The notes under the pieces were generated by a model that searched no databases, was not told where the DNA came from, and saw nothing but the letters and a program-made list of their open reading frames with translations. Shown piece by piece: positions 29,518 through 38,715 of a stretch of 64,000 nt of DNA. The stretch is from an uncultured bacterium. GTDB taxonomy: Bacteria; Patescibacteriota; Microgenomatia; Levybacterales; UBA12049. Within the stretch, counting starts at the first letter, position 1. Each line of letters starts with the position of its first letter. Both the position numbers and the translations under genes were made by a program. The DNA is taken from positions 96,654 through 160,653 of the forward strand of contig CAWGXL010000002.1 in the NCBI GenBank assembly GCA_963826535.1, written 5' to 3'.

Positions 29518-29793
29518 CTAAATTGCTTTTAATTTTTTTGTAAATATCTTAATTATACCAATTAAAAGAAACAACGGCCCACATCCATGAAAAATCACAC
29601 TTGCTGCGTTTTCTAGTCCATAAGACCAGTGAATTAAATTAGCATTACTAAGATGAGCAAGCACGAAACCAAATAAAATAAAAGAGGCACCAAGTATTAA
29701 CCAAAATTTTACGGGCCACTTTTTGATATTCATAATCAGATCATAACAGAAAGTTCTTTTAGAAGTTTTTGTTATCTTTTGTTTATTACCCAT
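29518..29793 (-). CDS. Small membrane protein
   Basis: 91 aa, two hydrophobic helices. Confidence 0.4.
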   Translation of the reverse strand: MGNKQKITKTSKRTFCYDLIMNIKKWPVKFWLILGASFILFGFVLAHLSNANLIHWSYGLENAASVIFHGCGPLFLLIGIIKIFTKKLKAI

Positions 29794-29891
29794 TTCAATA
29801 AATATTTTTCATCAAGATTTTCCATTTGTACTTGATTGACTCACTCTGTATCGTCAACTGTTAATTAATTCGAATATGATATTATAATTTT

Positions 29892-31133
29892 GTGTTTATA
29901 AAAAATAAAAGTTTTTTACTACTGGGATTATTAATTTTTATTGCTATTTTAATCCGCACCATCCACTTTCCAGAATATTTAAATTTTTCTCATGATCAGG
30001 GCGATTTTTCACTAAGGGCGTTTGAATTATACCAAACAAAATCAGTTGTCTTGATTGGGCCATCCACATCATTTATATGGAACGGACATGAATTTTATCA
30101 GGGATCAGTTATCTACTATATGTTTCTGCTTTTTCTATTACCTGCCAACTTCGATCCAATGAATGCTTCCTATTTATTTATGATATTTGCTGTAATAATG
30201 ATTATCCCGCTTTTTTTGGGCGTAAAGTATCTGCTAAATGAAAAATCTGCGTATCTGATTTCAGTCTTTTATGCGCTCCTGCCTTTATATATAGATTATA
30301 CAAAATTTTTATGGAACCCTAATTTCCAATTTGCATTATTACCTGTACTAGTCTTTCTTATGGGAATGTATCAGAAGTATAAAAGCACCATTTTATTTTT
30401 ATTTATTGGAGTATGGTTGGGGTTTTTACTAATGTTTCATTATCAGTTTGCACTTATTATTCTGGGAATAATGATCTATTATTTCGTTATAAAAAAAGAA
30501 AAAATAAAATTACTTCCATTATTAGTTTTAGGACTCGCGATTGGCTTCTCGCCGATAATTTTATTTGAACTGCGGAATAATTTTTATAATTTGAGAACGA
30601 TTTTATTAATCCTACCTCATTTCAACGAAATACATGAACCGAATAGCATATTACCGGTCCACTATTTTTTAAGTATATCTTTATTCGCTTTGATAATAAT
30701 TATCAGTTTTTTCAAACGTTTTATAACTTACCCGTTAATTATTTCAATATGTTTAATCCTATTTTTTTACTCACTTGTATTTTATAGTCTGAAGCTCGAA
30801 GCATTCAGTAATGAAACCGACTTGAAGTATCAAGGCTTACAAAAAATAGCGATAAAGATTAAAAAAGATGCCCCATCGAATTTTAATATCGTTGATCAAC
30901 ACACCCGAGACAATCAAGCAGCTGCCTTGAGATATCTCCTTACAGTTCAGTCTGTTGTACCTAATTCAAAAGATGATTACCATTCAGCCAATACGCTTTA
31001 TATTTACTCAAAAGAATCATTAGAAGATCTACTAAGAAATCCAATCTATGAAATTAAATCCTTTTTGCCTTATAAAAAAGCTACTTCTAGAAGAATAGAC
31101 AATCAATTATTTCTCTATACTCTTACTAAATAA
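29892..31133 (+). CDS. Polytopic membrane protein, GT-C (ArnT/PMT-like) glycosyltransferase fold candidate
   Basis: 413 aa. Multi-TM with a DQGDFSLRAFE-type first-loop motif resembling GT39/83 proteins. Confidence 0.5.
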   Translation: MFIKNKSFLLLGLLIFIAILIRTIHFPEYLNFSHDQGDFSLRAFELYQTKSVVLIGPSTSFIWNGHEFYQGSVIYYMFLLFLLPANFDPMNASYLFMIFAVIMIIPLFLGVKYLLNEKSAYLISVFYALLPLYIDYTKFLWNPNFQFALLPVLVFLMGMYQKYKSTILFLFIGVWLGFLLMFHYQFALIILGIMIYYFVIKKEKIKLLPLLVLGLAIGFSPIILFELRNNFYNLRTILLILPHFNEIHEPNSILPVHYFLSISLFALIIIISFFKRFITYPLIISICLILFFYSLVFYSLKLEAFSNETDLKYQGLQKIAIKIKKDAPSNFNIVDQHTRDNQAAALRYLLTVQSVVPNSKDDYHSANTLYIYSKESLEDLLRNPIYEIKSFLPYKKATSRRIDNQLFLYTLTK

Positions 31134-31204
31134 ATCTACGGAATGCATGATTCTAAATTTATTTAATAAACTCCCTTCAGCTCCGCCTGGTGAAAAATGT
31201 CCGA

Positions 31205-31299
31205 ACCTATTTTATGTATTCCCGTCTGCCTTTTTTTGCTCGGTTTCAATCGTCTCGAGAAATTTTTTAGGATTCTGATTTGTAGCTTGTGTTTTTAAT
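31205..31299 (-). pseudogene. Short remnant homologous to the N-terminus of the DUF1801-like gene at 23867-24286
   Basis: The minus strand encodes MAELKTQATNQNPKKFLETIETEQKKADGNT*, matching MSELKTKATSQSVTEFLNTVEPDEK.... The nucleotide stretch tgatttgtagcttgtgtttttaattccgccat matches tgacttgtagcttttgtttttaattctgacat near 24255-24290. Confidence 0.5.
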
Positions 31300-31345
31300 T
31301 CCGCCATAGGTTTATCCTCTCAAAAGAGGAAAGTATTATTCCTCT

Positions 31346-32650
31346 TCAATTTTTGTGATTTTTCAATGTAAAATTTACCCTAGATGATATCCCCTTGGTC
31401 AACGTTTGCATATCCTTACTGAAATGCTTCCAATCAATAAATTCAGAGGCGATGAAAAATAGGCTTACTACAGAGATCAGCTGAATCCGATACGTAAACC
31501 ACACATGTATATAAGAGTGGTTTGCAGCTATTAGATACCAGCCATAAGGCATAAAGCCAATAAGTATCCATGGGAGAATGTTTTTAATTTTCTGCTTATC
31601 AAAACGGAAATACTTTATCAAGAAGAGGAGAAGTAAAATTGCAAAAGACAAAACAATAACTTTATTGGTTTTATTATATCCAATCAGCTGAAAAAAGTTC
31701 AGCTTAATGACAGCAAGGTGGCTGAAGTTTGCGTCTGCCTGAGTAATGGTCCGGTTCATGATTTGATGTAATGCTGTCGAGATGGCTTGAGGAGTAAAAA
31801 ATAATTGAACCAACGCCCACTTGCTAAACCATAATGATAGATATCCCAGCGACCAGAAGAAAGCATGCAATAAAATGCGCATTATGTTTTTATCTACCGA
31901 TGCGGTAATAAGAAGTATAAGCCCCAGAGTCACAAGTGGTGCAGTTAAAAGATCAAAAAAAGTTGTTATTGCCCCAACAATAAAAAAGATGAGATAATGC
32001 AGCTGATTCTTATGCAGCGGTTTTTTAAGAAGGATTACAGCGCTGAGCAATGCGATTAAAAAAACAGCCGAGAATTGCATTGATCTGCTTAGATAGAAAT
32101 AATCCACTGAAAGGAGCCCCAAAACAAAAAAGGCTGTTTTCTTTCTTCCTAATCTTTTCCATGATAATGTGACGAATAACGCAAAAGCTACTAAATGAGC
32201 GGCGGTAAGGAGTATCCTGATCTCATTGTATGAAAATATGGTCAATAGCGGCCGCAAATAGACCAGATATCCGTGCCAGTATCTCTCATTTCCTGTTTGC
32301 GGCTTTGCGTTTTCTGTATATAACTTTTTTAAATTTGCTACTTGATTTACGCTATCAACTTCTGCTTCATACCTATAATTAACAAAAGCAGACCAGGCTG
32401 GCTTACTCTCGTCCACCGAATAAGCTGTATTTAGCATAATTGAATCCGTAAAGTTGTCGAGACCTATTTGCCGCCAAGGTACTCCGAAAACTGGATAAAT
32501 CCCCTCTTTTTCCATTACGCTTATTGACTTAGCAATATTACTTTCCAAATATGATGATGGAATCATACACGCCAAAATCAAAGATAGCGCAAAAGCTGAT
32601 AATAAAATAAGATAGGTTGCCAGCAATTGGTAGATAATTTTTACAATCAT
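31346..32650 (-). CDS. Polytopic membrane protein (GT-C-like / hypothetical)
   Basis: 434 aa with more than 10 TM helices. Confidence 0.5.
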   Translation of the reverse strand: MIVKIIYQLLATYLILLSAFALSLILACMIPSSYLESNIAKSISVMEKEGIYPVFGVPWRQIGLDNFTDSIMLNTAYSVDESKPAWSAFVNYRYEAEVDSVNQVANLKKLYTENAKPQTGNERYWHGYLVYLRPLLTIFSYNEIRILLTAAHLVAFALFVTLSWKRLGRKKTAFFVLGLLSVDYFYLSRSMQFSAVFLIALLSAVILLKKPLHKNQLHYLIFFIVGAITTFFDLLTAPLVTLGLILLITASVDKNIMRILLHAFFWSLGYLSLWFSKWALVQLFFTPQAISTALHQIMNRTITQADANFSHLAVIKLNFFQLIGYNKTNKVIVLSFAILLLLFLIKYFRFDKQKIKNILPWILIGFMPYGWYLIAANHSYIHVWFTYRIQLISVVSLFFIASEFIDWKHFSKDMQTLTKGISSRVNFTLKNHKN

Positions 32651-32793
32651 ACGGTAATTCTACAATGAAAGCTCTACTAATTCAAAGAACGAGTGGTAGG
32701 GAATGGAAGGTAAATTGGCAGGAAGCGGAGCCTGTCTTTATTGCTCCAAAAGAGTTTTCACTTGCTGGCCGATAGAAGAAGACCTAAAAAATA

Positions 32794-32940
32794 ATGTTGC
32801 TCCCCCAGCCGAGGATTAGTATAAATATAGACTTTACGGCTATTATACAGGCTTTTCAGGATATTCGATATATGGGAGAACTAAGACAAAGGTGGAGTGA
32901 AATTAAAAAGTTACAAGTTGATAGTTTTGCTTTTACTTAA
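32794..32940 (+). CDS. Small conserved ORF (48 aa), copy A of a three-member repeat family
   Basis: MLLPQPRISINIDFTAIIQAFQDIRYMGELRQRWSEIKKLQVDSFAFT. About 75% nucleotide identity to 36884-37030. Confidence 0.4.
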   Translation: MLLPQPRISINIDFTAIIQAFQDIRYMGELRQRWSEIKKLQVDSFAFT

Positions 32941-33490
32941 TAACTTTTAATAGAACACTCGTTCTTACTGTTGTTACCTCTTCTACTTTTATTTTTTCAA
33001 GCTTTACCTTATCTGTGTCTATATTTTCAAATAGTCTTAGGCCTTTTCCAAGGAGAACAGGCATAATATCTATCTGCAACTCATCGCATAGCCCAGCATT
33101 AAGGCATTGCTGAATGGTGCTTGCGCCTATTACCTGAACATCTTTCTCACTCGCTGCTTTCTTTGCCTTAAGAATTGCACTCTCAATACCATCAGTTACA
33201 AATGTAAAAGTAAGTTTGTCATTTCCTTTGGGATACTTTGCTGGAGGTGTATGTGTCAAGACAAAAATGGGAGTTTGAAATTCATAGTCATCGTTAGCCC
33301 ACGAAAATGGGTCTGCCATCTCATACACATGTCTCCCCATAATAACAGCACCTGTGTTTTTAATCATTTCCTGAAAAGTTGGAGCATCATGGAGTTCACT
33401 AAAATCTGAATAAAGCTTTTCCACACTTCCATTACTGTCATTGATAAACCCGTCCAAAGACATGGTCATACCAGCGATTACTTTTCCCAT
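32933..33490 (-). CDS. Dihydrofolate reductase-family protein (RibD C-terminal domain-like)
   Basis: MTMSLDGFINDSNG...VIMGRHVYE...VIGASTIQQCL...LLGKGLRLFE pattern. Confidence 0.65.
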   Translation of the reverse strand: MGKVIAGMTMSLDGFINDSNGSVEKLYSDFSELHDAPTFQEMIKNTGAVIMGRHVYEMADPFSWANDDYEFQTPIFVLTHTPPAKYPKGNDKLTFTFVTDGIESAILKAKKAASEKDVQVIGASTIQQCLNAGLCDELQIDIMPVLLGKGLRLFENIDTDKVKLEKIKVEEVTTVRTSVLLKVIK

Positions 33491-33633
33491 AGAAGAATTA
33501 TATCAAATGAAGCATCTTAAATCCGAAAAAATCCATAGAAAACCAAAGCAATGCTCCACCTGTATAAGAGCGTCTAAATATTTTAAATCAAACTAAAAGT
33601 TAAAAGATTTTGATATAATTCTAATTAATTACT

Positions 33634-34413
33634 ATGATAGACGGTCAAGAACAACCTAGTAAGACCCGCATTGAGGCAATTCAGCATATGTCTAATGAAG
33701 CTTTTGCAAGAAAGTATTCTACTGAAACTACTCCCCCTAGTCACTTCTCAGATAAAATAGGTTATTTTATTACCAATGAAAACGATTATCCATGGTCGTT
33801 GAAAGATATTAAAGTACGTGGAGGAATTCATCTTGCCGTTATGGGAGGGGTTGATCCCGTTTTAGGTCAGATAGCAGCAGCTTCTCCTGATTTAACAATA
33901 ATGATCGACATCAACCAAAGTTCCCTACAGGTTACTACGGAAGGAAGAATAAAACCCATTGCAGAATCACAAAATAGTACAGAATATTGGAGAAAAGTAG
34001 GAGATTATTTCAATAATACCGTAAAAAAGATTAATCCAAATCGCTGGGACTTCCCTATAGATCAAGACAGTATGAATGGTGGATGGTCATCCCCTGAGCA
34101 TTTTCCTAAAGTGAAAGACGCGGTAGCCAGAGGTAGAGTCAAATGGGCAGCAGGAGATTTAACCAAAGATGGAATTGAATTGGCATTGAAGTTAGCCAAT
34201 GAAACAGAAAGCCAAGTTCGGCTAGTCTATGTTTCTAATATTTTTGACTACTCCAAGCATAATAAAGAGGAGTTTGCAAAAAGATTAGCTAAAGGAATTG
34301 AAGAAGGGACATTAGATCCTCACGCGCAAATTATTCATACTGCTTCGATAGAAGGACTTAAGACCGAGATTTACGATGTCGCAGATTACATACATGCTAA
34401 TACTTCAGAATAA
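33634..34413 (+). CDS. Hypothetical protein
   Basis: 259-aa ORF, no motif recognised. Confidence 0.45.
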   Translation: MIDGQEQPSKTRIEAIQHMSNEAFARKYSTETTPPSHFSDKIGYFITNENDYPWSLKDIKVRGGIHLAVMGGVDPVLGQIAAASPDLTIMIDINQSSLQVTTEGRIKPIAESQNSTEYWRKVGDYFNNTVKKINPNRWDFPIDQDSMNGGWSSPEHFPKVKDAVARGRVKWAAGDLTKDGIELALKLANETESQVRLVYVSNIFDYSKHNKEEFAKRLAKGIEEGTLDPHAQIIHTASIEGLKTEIYDVADYIHANTSE

Positions 34414-34511
34414 TTAGATTCAATCCTCCCAACCGTTGTATTCCAAAAATGAGGCTAAAATATTCTGCTCCTTGGGCTAGACAGTGTTAGAACCTAATGC
34501 CTGAAGACTTA

Positions 34512-34862
34512 TTATTTCCGCAAAATCTTCTCCATCGCTTTGCCCTTTGATAACTCATCGATCAGCTTATCCAAATAGCGAATTGCCTGCATAGTTGGCT
34601 CTTCGATGTCTTCTACTCGGACACCGCAGATCACACCTTTGATCAAAGCCCGCGAAGGATTAAGCTTCGGAGCTTCCGCAAAGAAGGTCTCAAAGTCTGT
34701 CTTTTTTTCCAGTTGCGCTCTCAACTCTTCCTGGCCATACCCTGTCAGCCAACGGATGATTTCATTAACTTCTGTTTTTGTACGTCCTTTTTTCTCCGCC
34801 TTAGCAACATAAAAGGGATAGACACTCGCGAAGCTCATTGTATAAATTCGATGTTTTATCAT
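34512..34862 (-). CDS. DUF2200-family protein
   Basis: [34 protein letters not shown]...[39 protein letters not shown]. Conserved DUF2200 signature, recalled from memory. Confidence 0.55.
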   Translation of the reverse strand: MIKHRIYTMSFASVYPFYVAKAEKKGRTKTEVNEIIRWLTGYGQEELRAQLEKKTDFETFFAEAPKLNPSRALIKGVICGVRVEDIEEPTMQAIRYLDKLIDELSKGKAMEKILRK

Positions 34863-34957
34863 GATACCTCCTTGCTTCTATAGTTTTCTTTATTTTATCA
34901 CGAGAATATAGGGCTCCGCCTGTTAGAAAATACCAGAATCTATTTCTTTACTTTACG

Positions 34958-35305
34958 TTAATCACAATTAGGAACGCCCATAAAGCAAGGCCATTGGTCA
35001 ACAATCCAGCTTCCCCAAATATAAGCAATAAGTGCCAGACCCGCGACTCGCAATAAAAAGTTTATAGGATTTTTTGTTAAAGATTTTCCAGACGTTATGT
35101 TTTTTACAATTGGTGCGAGTATTAGTACGAAAACTGTTTGAAGCAACCAAGTAAAGGTAAAAAGAGCCACAGGAAAGCCTTTGTTAAATTTCCATCTATT
35201 TACAAGCTCAAGAGCGATAAAAGGGATAAGAAAAATAAAACCTAAAGCTGCCGCCGAGATAAAAGTGGATTTTTCAAGAAGTTTTTGCATAATGTAATTA
35301 TACAA
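34958..35305 (-). CDS. Small membrane protein
   Basis: 115 aa, 3-4 TM helices. Confidence 0.45.
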   Translation of the reverse strand: MYNYIMQKLLEKSTFISAAALGFIFLIPFIALELVNRWKFNKGFPVALFTFTWLLQTVFVLILAPIVKNITSGKSLTKNPINFLLRVAGLALIAYIWGSWIVDQWPCFMGVPNCD

Positions 35306-35350
35306 AATTGACCTTGATCCGCCTAATGGACGAATTCAGAACCTATTTTA

Positions 35351-35944
35351 CTAAAACGAGCCGGTTTTAACTTTTCCAAAGCGCTTATAGTTTGCGAATA
35401 TTATTCCGCTTGGAGAAGTTTTAGATTCTAATAATTTAAAGGCTGCTGGAATAGTACCATTATCAAACAAGCGTTTTCCCTTCCCAAGAGTTATTGGGAA
35501 AATTTTTAGCCAAAGCTCATCGACTAAATCATTTTTAAGAAGTGTTTGAATTAAATTTCCGCTGCCGTAAACTTTAAAATCCGGACCATCTTGTTGTTTA
35601 AGTTTTTTTAATTCTTCAACTACATTGTTGTTTATGAACACAGAGTTACTCCATTTGTGTTTTTTAAGAGAATTTGAAACAACATACTTTGTAGCATCGT
35701 TAACACCGGGCCATGCATTTTCATGCTGGGGCCAATAAGAAGCAAATATCTCAAACGTTTTTCTGCCAAGAAGTAAGCTGAAAGGCTGCTTCATCTGCTC
35801 GGCCATGACTTTTCCTGAAAAATCATCAAAATAAGGGGCAGTCCACCCACCGTATTTAAAATCACCTGAGGTATCTTCTTCTGGTCCGCCGGGGGCTTGC
35901 ATAACACCATCAAGCGTAATAAATTCAAGAACAACTATCTTTCT
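35351..35944 (-). CDS. Dihydrofolate reductase-family protein (RibD_C-like), second paralog
   Basis: Start set at internal MRKIVVLEFITLDGVMQAPGG.... The upstream extension in the ORF track looks non-coding, and a TGTTATAAT box sits 6 nt before this ATG. Confidence 0.65.
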   Translation of the reverse strand, partial: RKIVVLEFITLDGVMQAPGGPEEDTSGDFKYGGWTAPYFDDFSGKVMAEQMKQPFSLLLGRKTFEIFASYWPQHENAWPGVNDATKYVVSNSLKKHKWSNSVFINNNVVEELKKLKQQDGPDFKVYGSGNLIQTLLKNDLVDELWLKIFPITLGKGKRLFDNGTIPAAFKLLESKTSPSGIIFANYKRFGKVKTGSF

Positions 35945-36139
35945 CATATAGCTATTATAACATACGATTTTGAGGATAATTTTTAGCTCCACCTCATGGA
36001 CAACGTCAGAACCTTTTTTATGAATTCTATATGAAGGAGGCCTCAAAATAACACTAAATATTGAATAACGGTAATAATATATTGACAAACGATAAGATAT
36101 TTATTATGATAAGGCTATCTAATACTAAGTGAGGTATTT

Positions 36140-36617
36140 ATGAAAAAAGGTTCAACATTATTCTTAAAAGTAGTAATTTTACTTATCGCAATTGGCGTGC
36201 TTGCATGGCTGATTTGGTTTCCTCAAATTGAAGGAAGAGCTGCTAACTTAGATCTAATCAGTATTTATACAGATCCGCTTATTATCTATGGTTATATAGC
36301 TTCAATCCCATTTTTTGTTGCGTTATATCAGGCATTTAAGCTTTTAGGCTATATTGATAGCAATAAAGTTTTTTCTCAATCATGCAGTGAAAGCAGTGAG
36401 GAATATAAAATACTGTGCAATCATAATCAGTGGCTTAATTGTGCTAGGAATACTATACATAAGGTTATTTGTTAACGGTGACGACCCGGCAGGTCCTACT
36501 GCCTTGGGCATTTTTACTACTTTTGCTTCTATCGTAATTGCAACTGCTGCTGCTGTTTTTCAAAGACTTCTCCAAAATGCCGTAGACATAAAATCAGAAA
36601 ATGATTTAACTGTATGA
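36140..36617 (+). pseudogene. DUF2975-like membrane protein gene interrupted by a frameshift near a T6 run (about 36369-36374)
   Basis: Two overlapping ORFs (36140-36475 and 36354-36617) in different frames together give a ~160-aa 4-TM protein. It lies immediately upstream of a YozG-like XRE regulator. This is the classical DUF2975-YozG pairing. Confidence 0.5.
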
Positions 36618-36626
36618 GGTGCAATT

Positions 36627-36833
36627 ATGGCAATAATAATAAATATCGATGTCATGCTGGCAAAGCGAAAAATGAGCGTCACTGAACTTACAGAGAAGGT
36701 TGGTATAACCATGGCTAATCTTTCCATCTTGAAAAATGGAAAGGCAAAAGCTATCCGTTTCTCAACTTTGGAAGCGATTTGCAAAGCCTTAGATTGTCAG
36801 CCTGGAGATATTCTGGAATACAAAAACGACTAA
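36627..36833 (+). CDS. XRE-family HTH transcriptional regulator (YozG-like)
   Basis: 68 aa. MSVTELTEKVGITMANLSILKNGKAKAIRFSTLEAICKALDCQPGDIL. Confidence 0.75.
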   Translation: MAIIINIDVMLAKRKMSVTELTEKVGITMANLSILKNGKAKAIRFSTLEAICKALDCQPGDILEYKND

Positions 36834-36883
36834 AACGCCGACGGATAATTTTGGACGATCGATTTAATGGTTGTTTCAATACC

Positions 36884-37030
36884 TTGCTCCGTGAGCCTTG
36901 GATTAATATAACCCTAGACTTTGAAGCTATTATACACGCATTTCAGGACTTACACTATATTGGGGAAATGCGGCAAAGGTGGAATGAGATCAAAAAACTA
37001 CATGTCGGTGTTCCATTATCAACTATTTAG
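36884..37030 (+). CDS. Small conserved ORF (48 aa), copy B of the repeat family (TTG start)
   Basis: LLREPWINITLDFEAIIHAFQDLHYIGEMRQRWNEIKKLHVGVPLSTI. Same 147-nt length as copy A. Confidence 0.4.
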   Translation: MLREPWINITLDFEAIIHAFQDLHYIGEMRQRWNEIKKLHVGVPLSTI

Positions 37031-37173
37031 AGTGTAATGGTTAGTCAAAAAACGAGCAACTTACAAAAAAGAATTCTGACGACCATATATGTAGGAGGTG
37101 AGTGTGAAAATATAGTTTCAGTTATGGAATCGCTTACCCATTTTGGACTTAGAACAATGTTTGAAAGACTATT

Positions 37174-37603
37174 TCATTTAGTAGGAGAAAATTCAATGAT
37201 CCACTCAATACCGTATTTATCTCGAAACATACCCGCATATGAGCCCCACGGACTGTCTCCTATAGATCCTTCTACTTCTCCTCCAGCCGAAAGGCCAGTA
37301 AATAATCTGTCCGCCTCTTCTTTACTTTCCGTACTTACCAAAATTTTGCTTCGATTTTCATGCTCATTTACTCGCCCCAAAACCTCCGGAACATCATTGG
37401 CTATCAGCATAGTACTGATACCAATAGGTAAGGCAATATGCATTATTTTATTTTCTTCTTTTTCTGGCACTGGGAATTCAGTCACTCGCAATGTCTTTGA
37501 AACGTACTACTTTCGCAAACTCTCCGCCGAATACTGATTTATAAAACGTAAATGCTTCTTCTGCATTACCGTTGAAGTTAATCCAAGGATTTATTGTTGC
37601 CAT
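37174..37603 (-). pseudogene. PhnB-like VOC-family protein gene with a frameshift near 37493
   Basis: The upstream frame encodes MATINPWINFNGNAEEAFTFYKSVFGGEFAKVVRFKDIASD* (PhnB N-terminal signature). The downstream frame continues ...PVPEKEENKIMHIALPIG...SPWGSYAGMFRDKYGIEWII. Confidence 0.55.
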
Positions 37604-37643
37604 ACGTTATATGATATCAAATTAAAGTAATTTGATAAAGAGC

Positions 37644-37718
37644 TTTTATTTGGCTCCCCCGCGAGGACTCGAACCTCGAACCAATCGATTAACAGTCGAT
37701 TGCTCTACCATTGAGCTA
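37644..37718 (-). tRNA. tRNA-Asn (anticodon GTT), CCA encoded
   Basis: The reverse complement gives TCCCCTG-TA-GCTC-AATGGTA-GAGC-A-ATCGA-CTGTTAA-TCGAT-TGGTT-CGAGG-TTCGAGT-CCTCG-CGGGGGA-G-CCA. Confidence 0.8.
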
Positions 37719-37802
37719 CAGGGGAATGTCAAAAGTTCCTGCCGGGTTTGAAGCGGCGGAACGTATCCGTTATTTTATCATTAAAGAATGCATAAATCCA
37801 TA

Positions 37803-38711
37803 CTAAATCTTCCACCCAAGCTCTATCTTAATCTCCTTCACTGCTTTTTCATATTTGTCTTTCGTTAGCTGGTTATTTAATATGCAATACTTTTTACTAG
37901 TTAGTCCAAAGCAACCGATGCAATCAGAGCAGTTTGTTAGCCTTTCACTATAGTAACAATTTGAGCAACCTTGACTTGATACAAGAAACGCAGAGTCATA
38001 GCAGTCGGTTACCTCTATCGTTTCATAACATCGCTCGCATGCAGTTTTTATTACAGGGTTTCCATATGTGAAAAGGACATCCCAACAATTCTTTGTGTTA
38101 AAACCACTATTATACATATATCCGCAGTTTTCAGCAGTATAAGTATTAAAGCCCCAATAACAGTTCTTTGAATCATATATGTAATCTCCATATGGACTGT
38201 TTTCGCTATTAAGTTGAATGCTTGCAGGATGTGGAATCTGTTTTTTTAACTCAAACATTTGTTTTAGAATTTTTTCAGGTTTTTCCTTATTTAGTACTTC
38301 CACCTTTTTCAAATATTCATCTTTGGTATATTGCCGGTTAAATATACAATATTTTTTATGAGTTAGTGCAACACAACCAAAACAATCAGTGCAAGTGTTT
38401 AAAAATGATGAATAATGGCAATCAGTAGAGTTATTACAATTTATAAGATAAGTACAGCTATTACAATTATTGCAATCAATAGATTCATAACATTTTTCTG
38501 AGAATACCATCTGATAAGAATCTACGACCTTATTACCATTTGCCAATGTTGTATAGATAGAATCTGATAGTTCTAATACACAGAAGCAGTAAAAGCAATT
38601 CTTGATATTATCTACAAAATCTACGTATACACTATCAACAGCTGAGCGAATCATAGCAGACGGTACAGGAATCGATTTTTTCAGAAGTTCATATTTTTCC
38701 AGAAAATTCAT
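37803..38711 (-). CDS. Cys-rich protein, paralog B (internally duplicated CxxC-rich modules), unknown family
   Basis: MNFLEKYELLKKSIPVP.... Two modules each contain NC..C...LINCNNSTDCH.S..LN.C.DC.GC..L..KKYCI.N.Q.TK. C-terminus is LGWKI. Confidence 0.6.
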   Translation of the reverse strand: MNFLEKYELLKKSIPVPSAMIRSAVDSVYVDFVDNIKNCFYCFCVLELSDSIYTTLANGNKVVDSYQMVFSEKCYESIDCNNCNSCTYLINCNNSTDCHYSSFLNTCTDCFGCVALTHKKYCIFNRQYTKDEYLKKVEVLNKEKPEKILKQMFELKKQIPHPASIQLNSENSPYGDYIYDSKNCYWGFNTYTAENCGYMYNSGFNTKNCWDVLFTYGNPVIKTACERCYETIEVTDCYDSAFLVSSQGCSNCYYSERLTNCSDCIGCFGLTSKKYCILNNQLTKDKYEKAVKEIKIELGWKI

Positions 38712-38715
38712 AATC

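Noticed and set aside
37037-37537. 166-aa plus-strand ORF
   Set aside because: It overlaps on the opposite strand the frameshifted PhnB-like gene, which has clear family signatures. The plus-strand translation is low-complexity with no motif.
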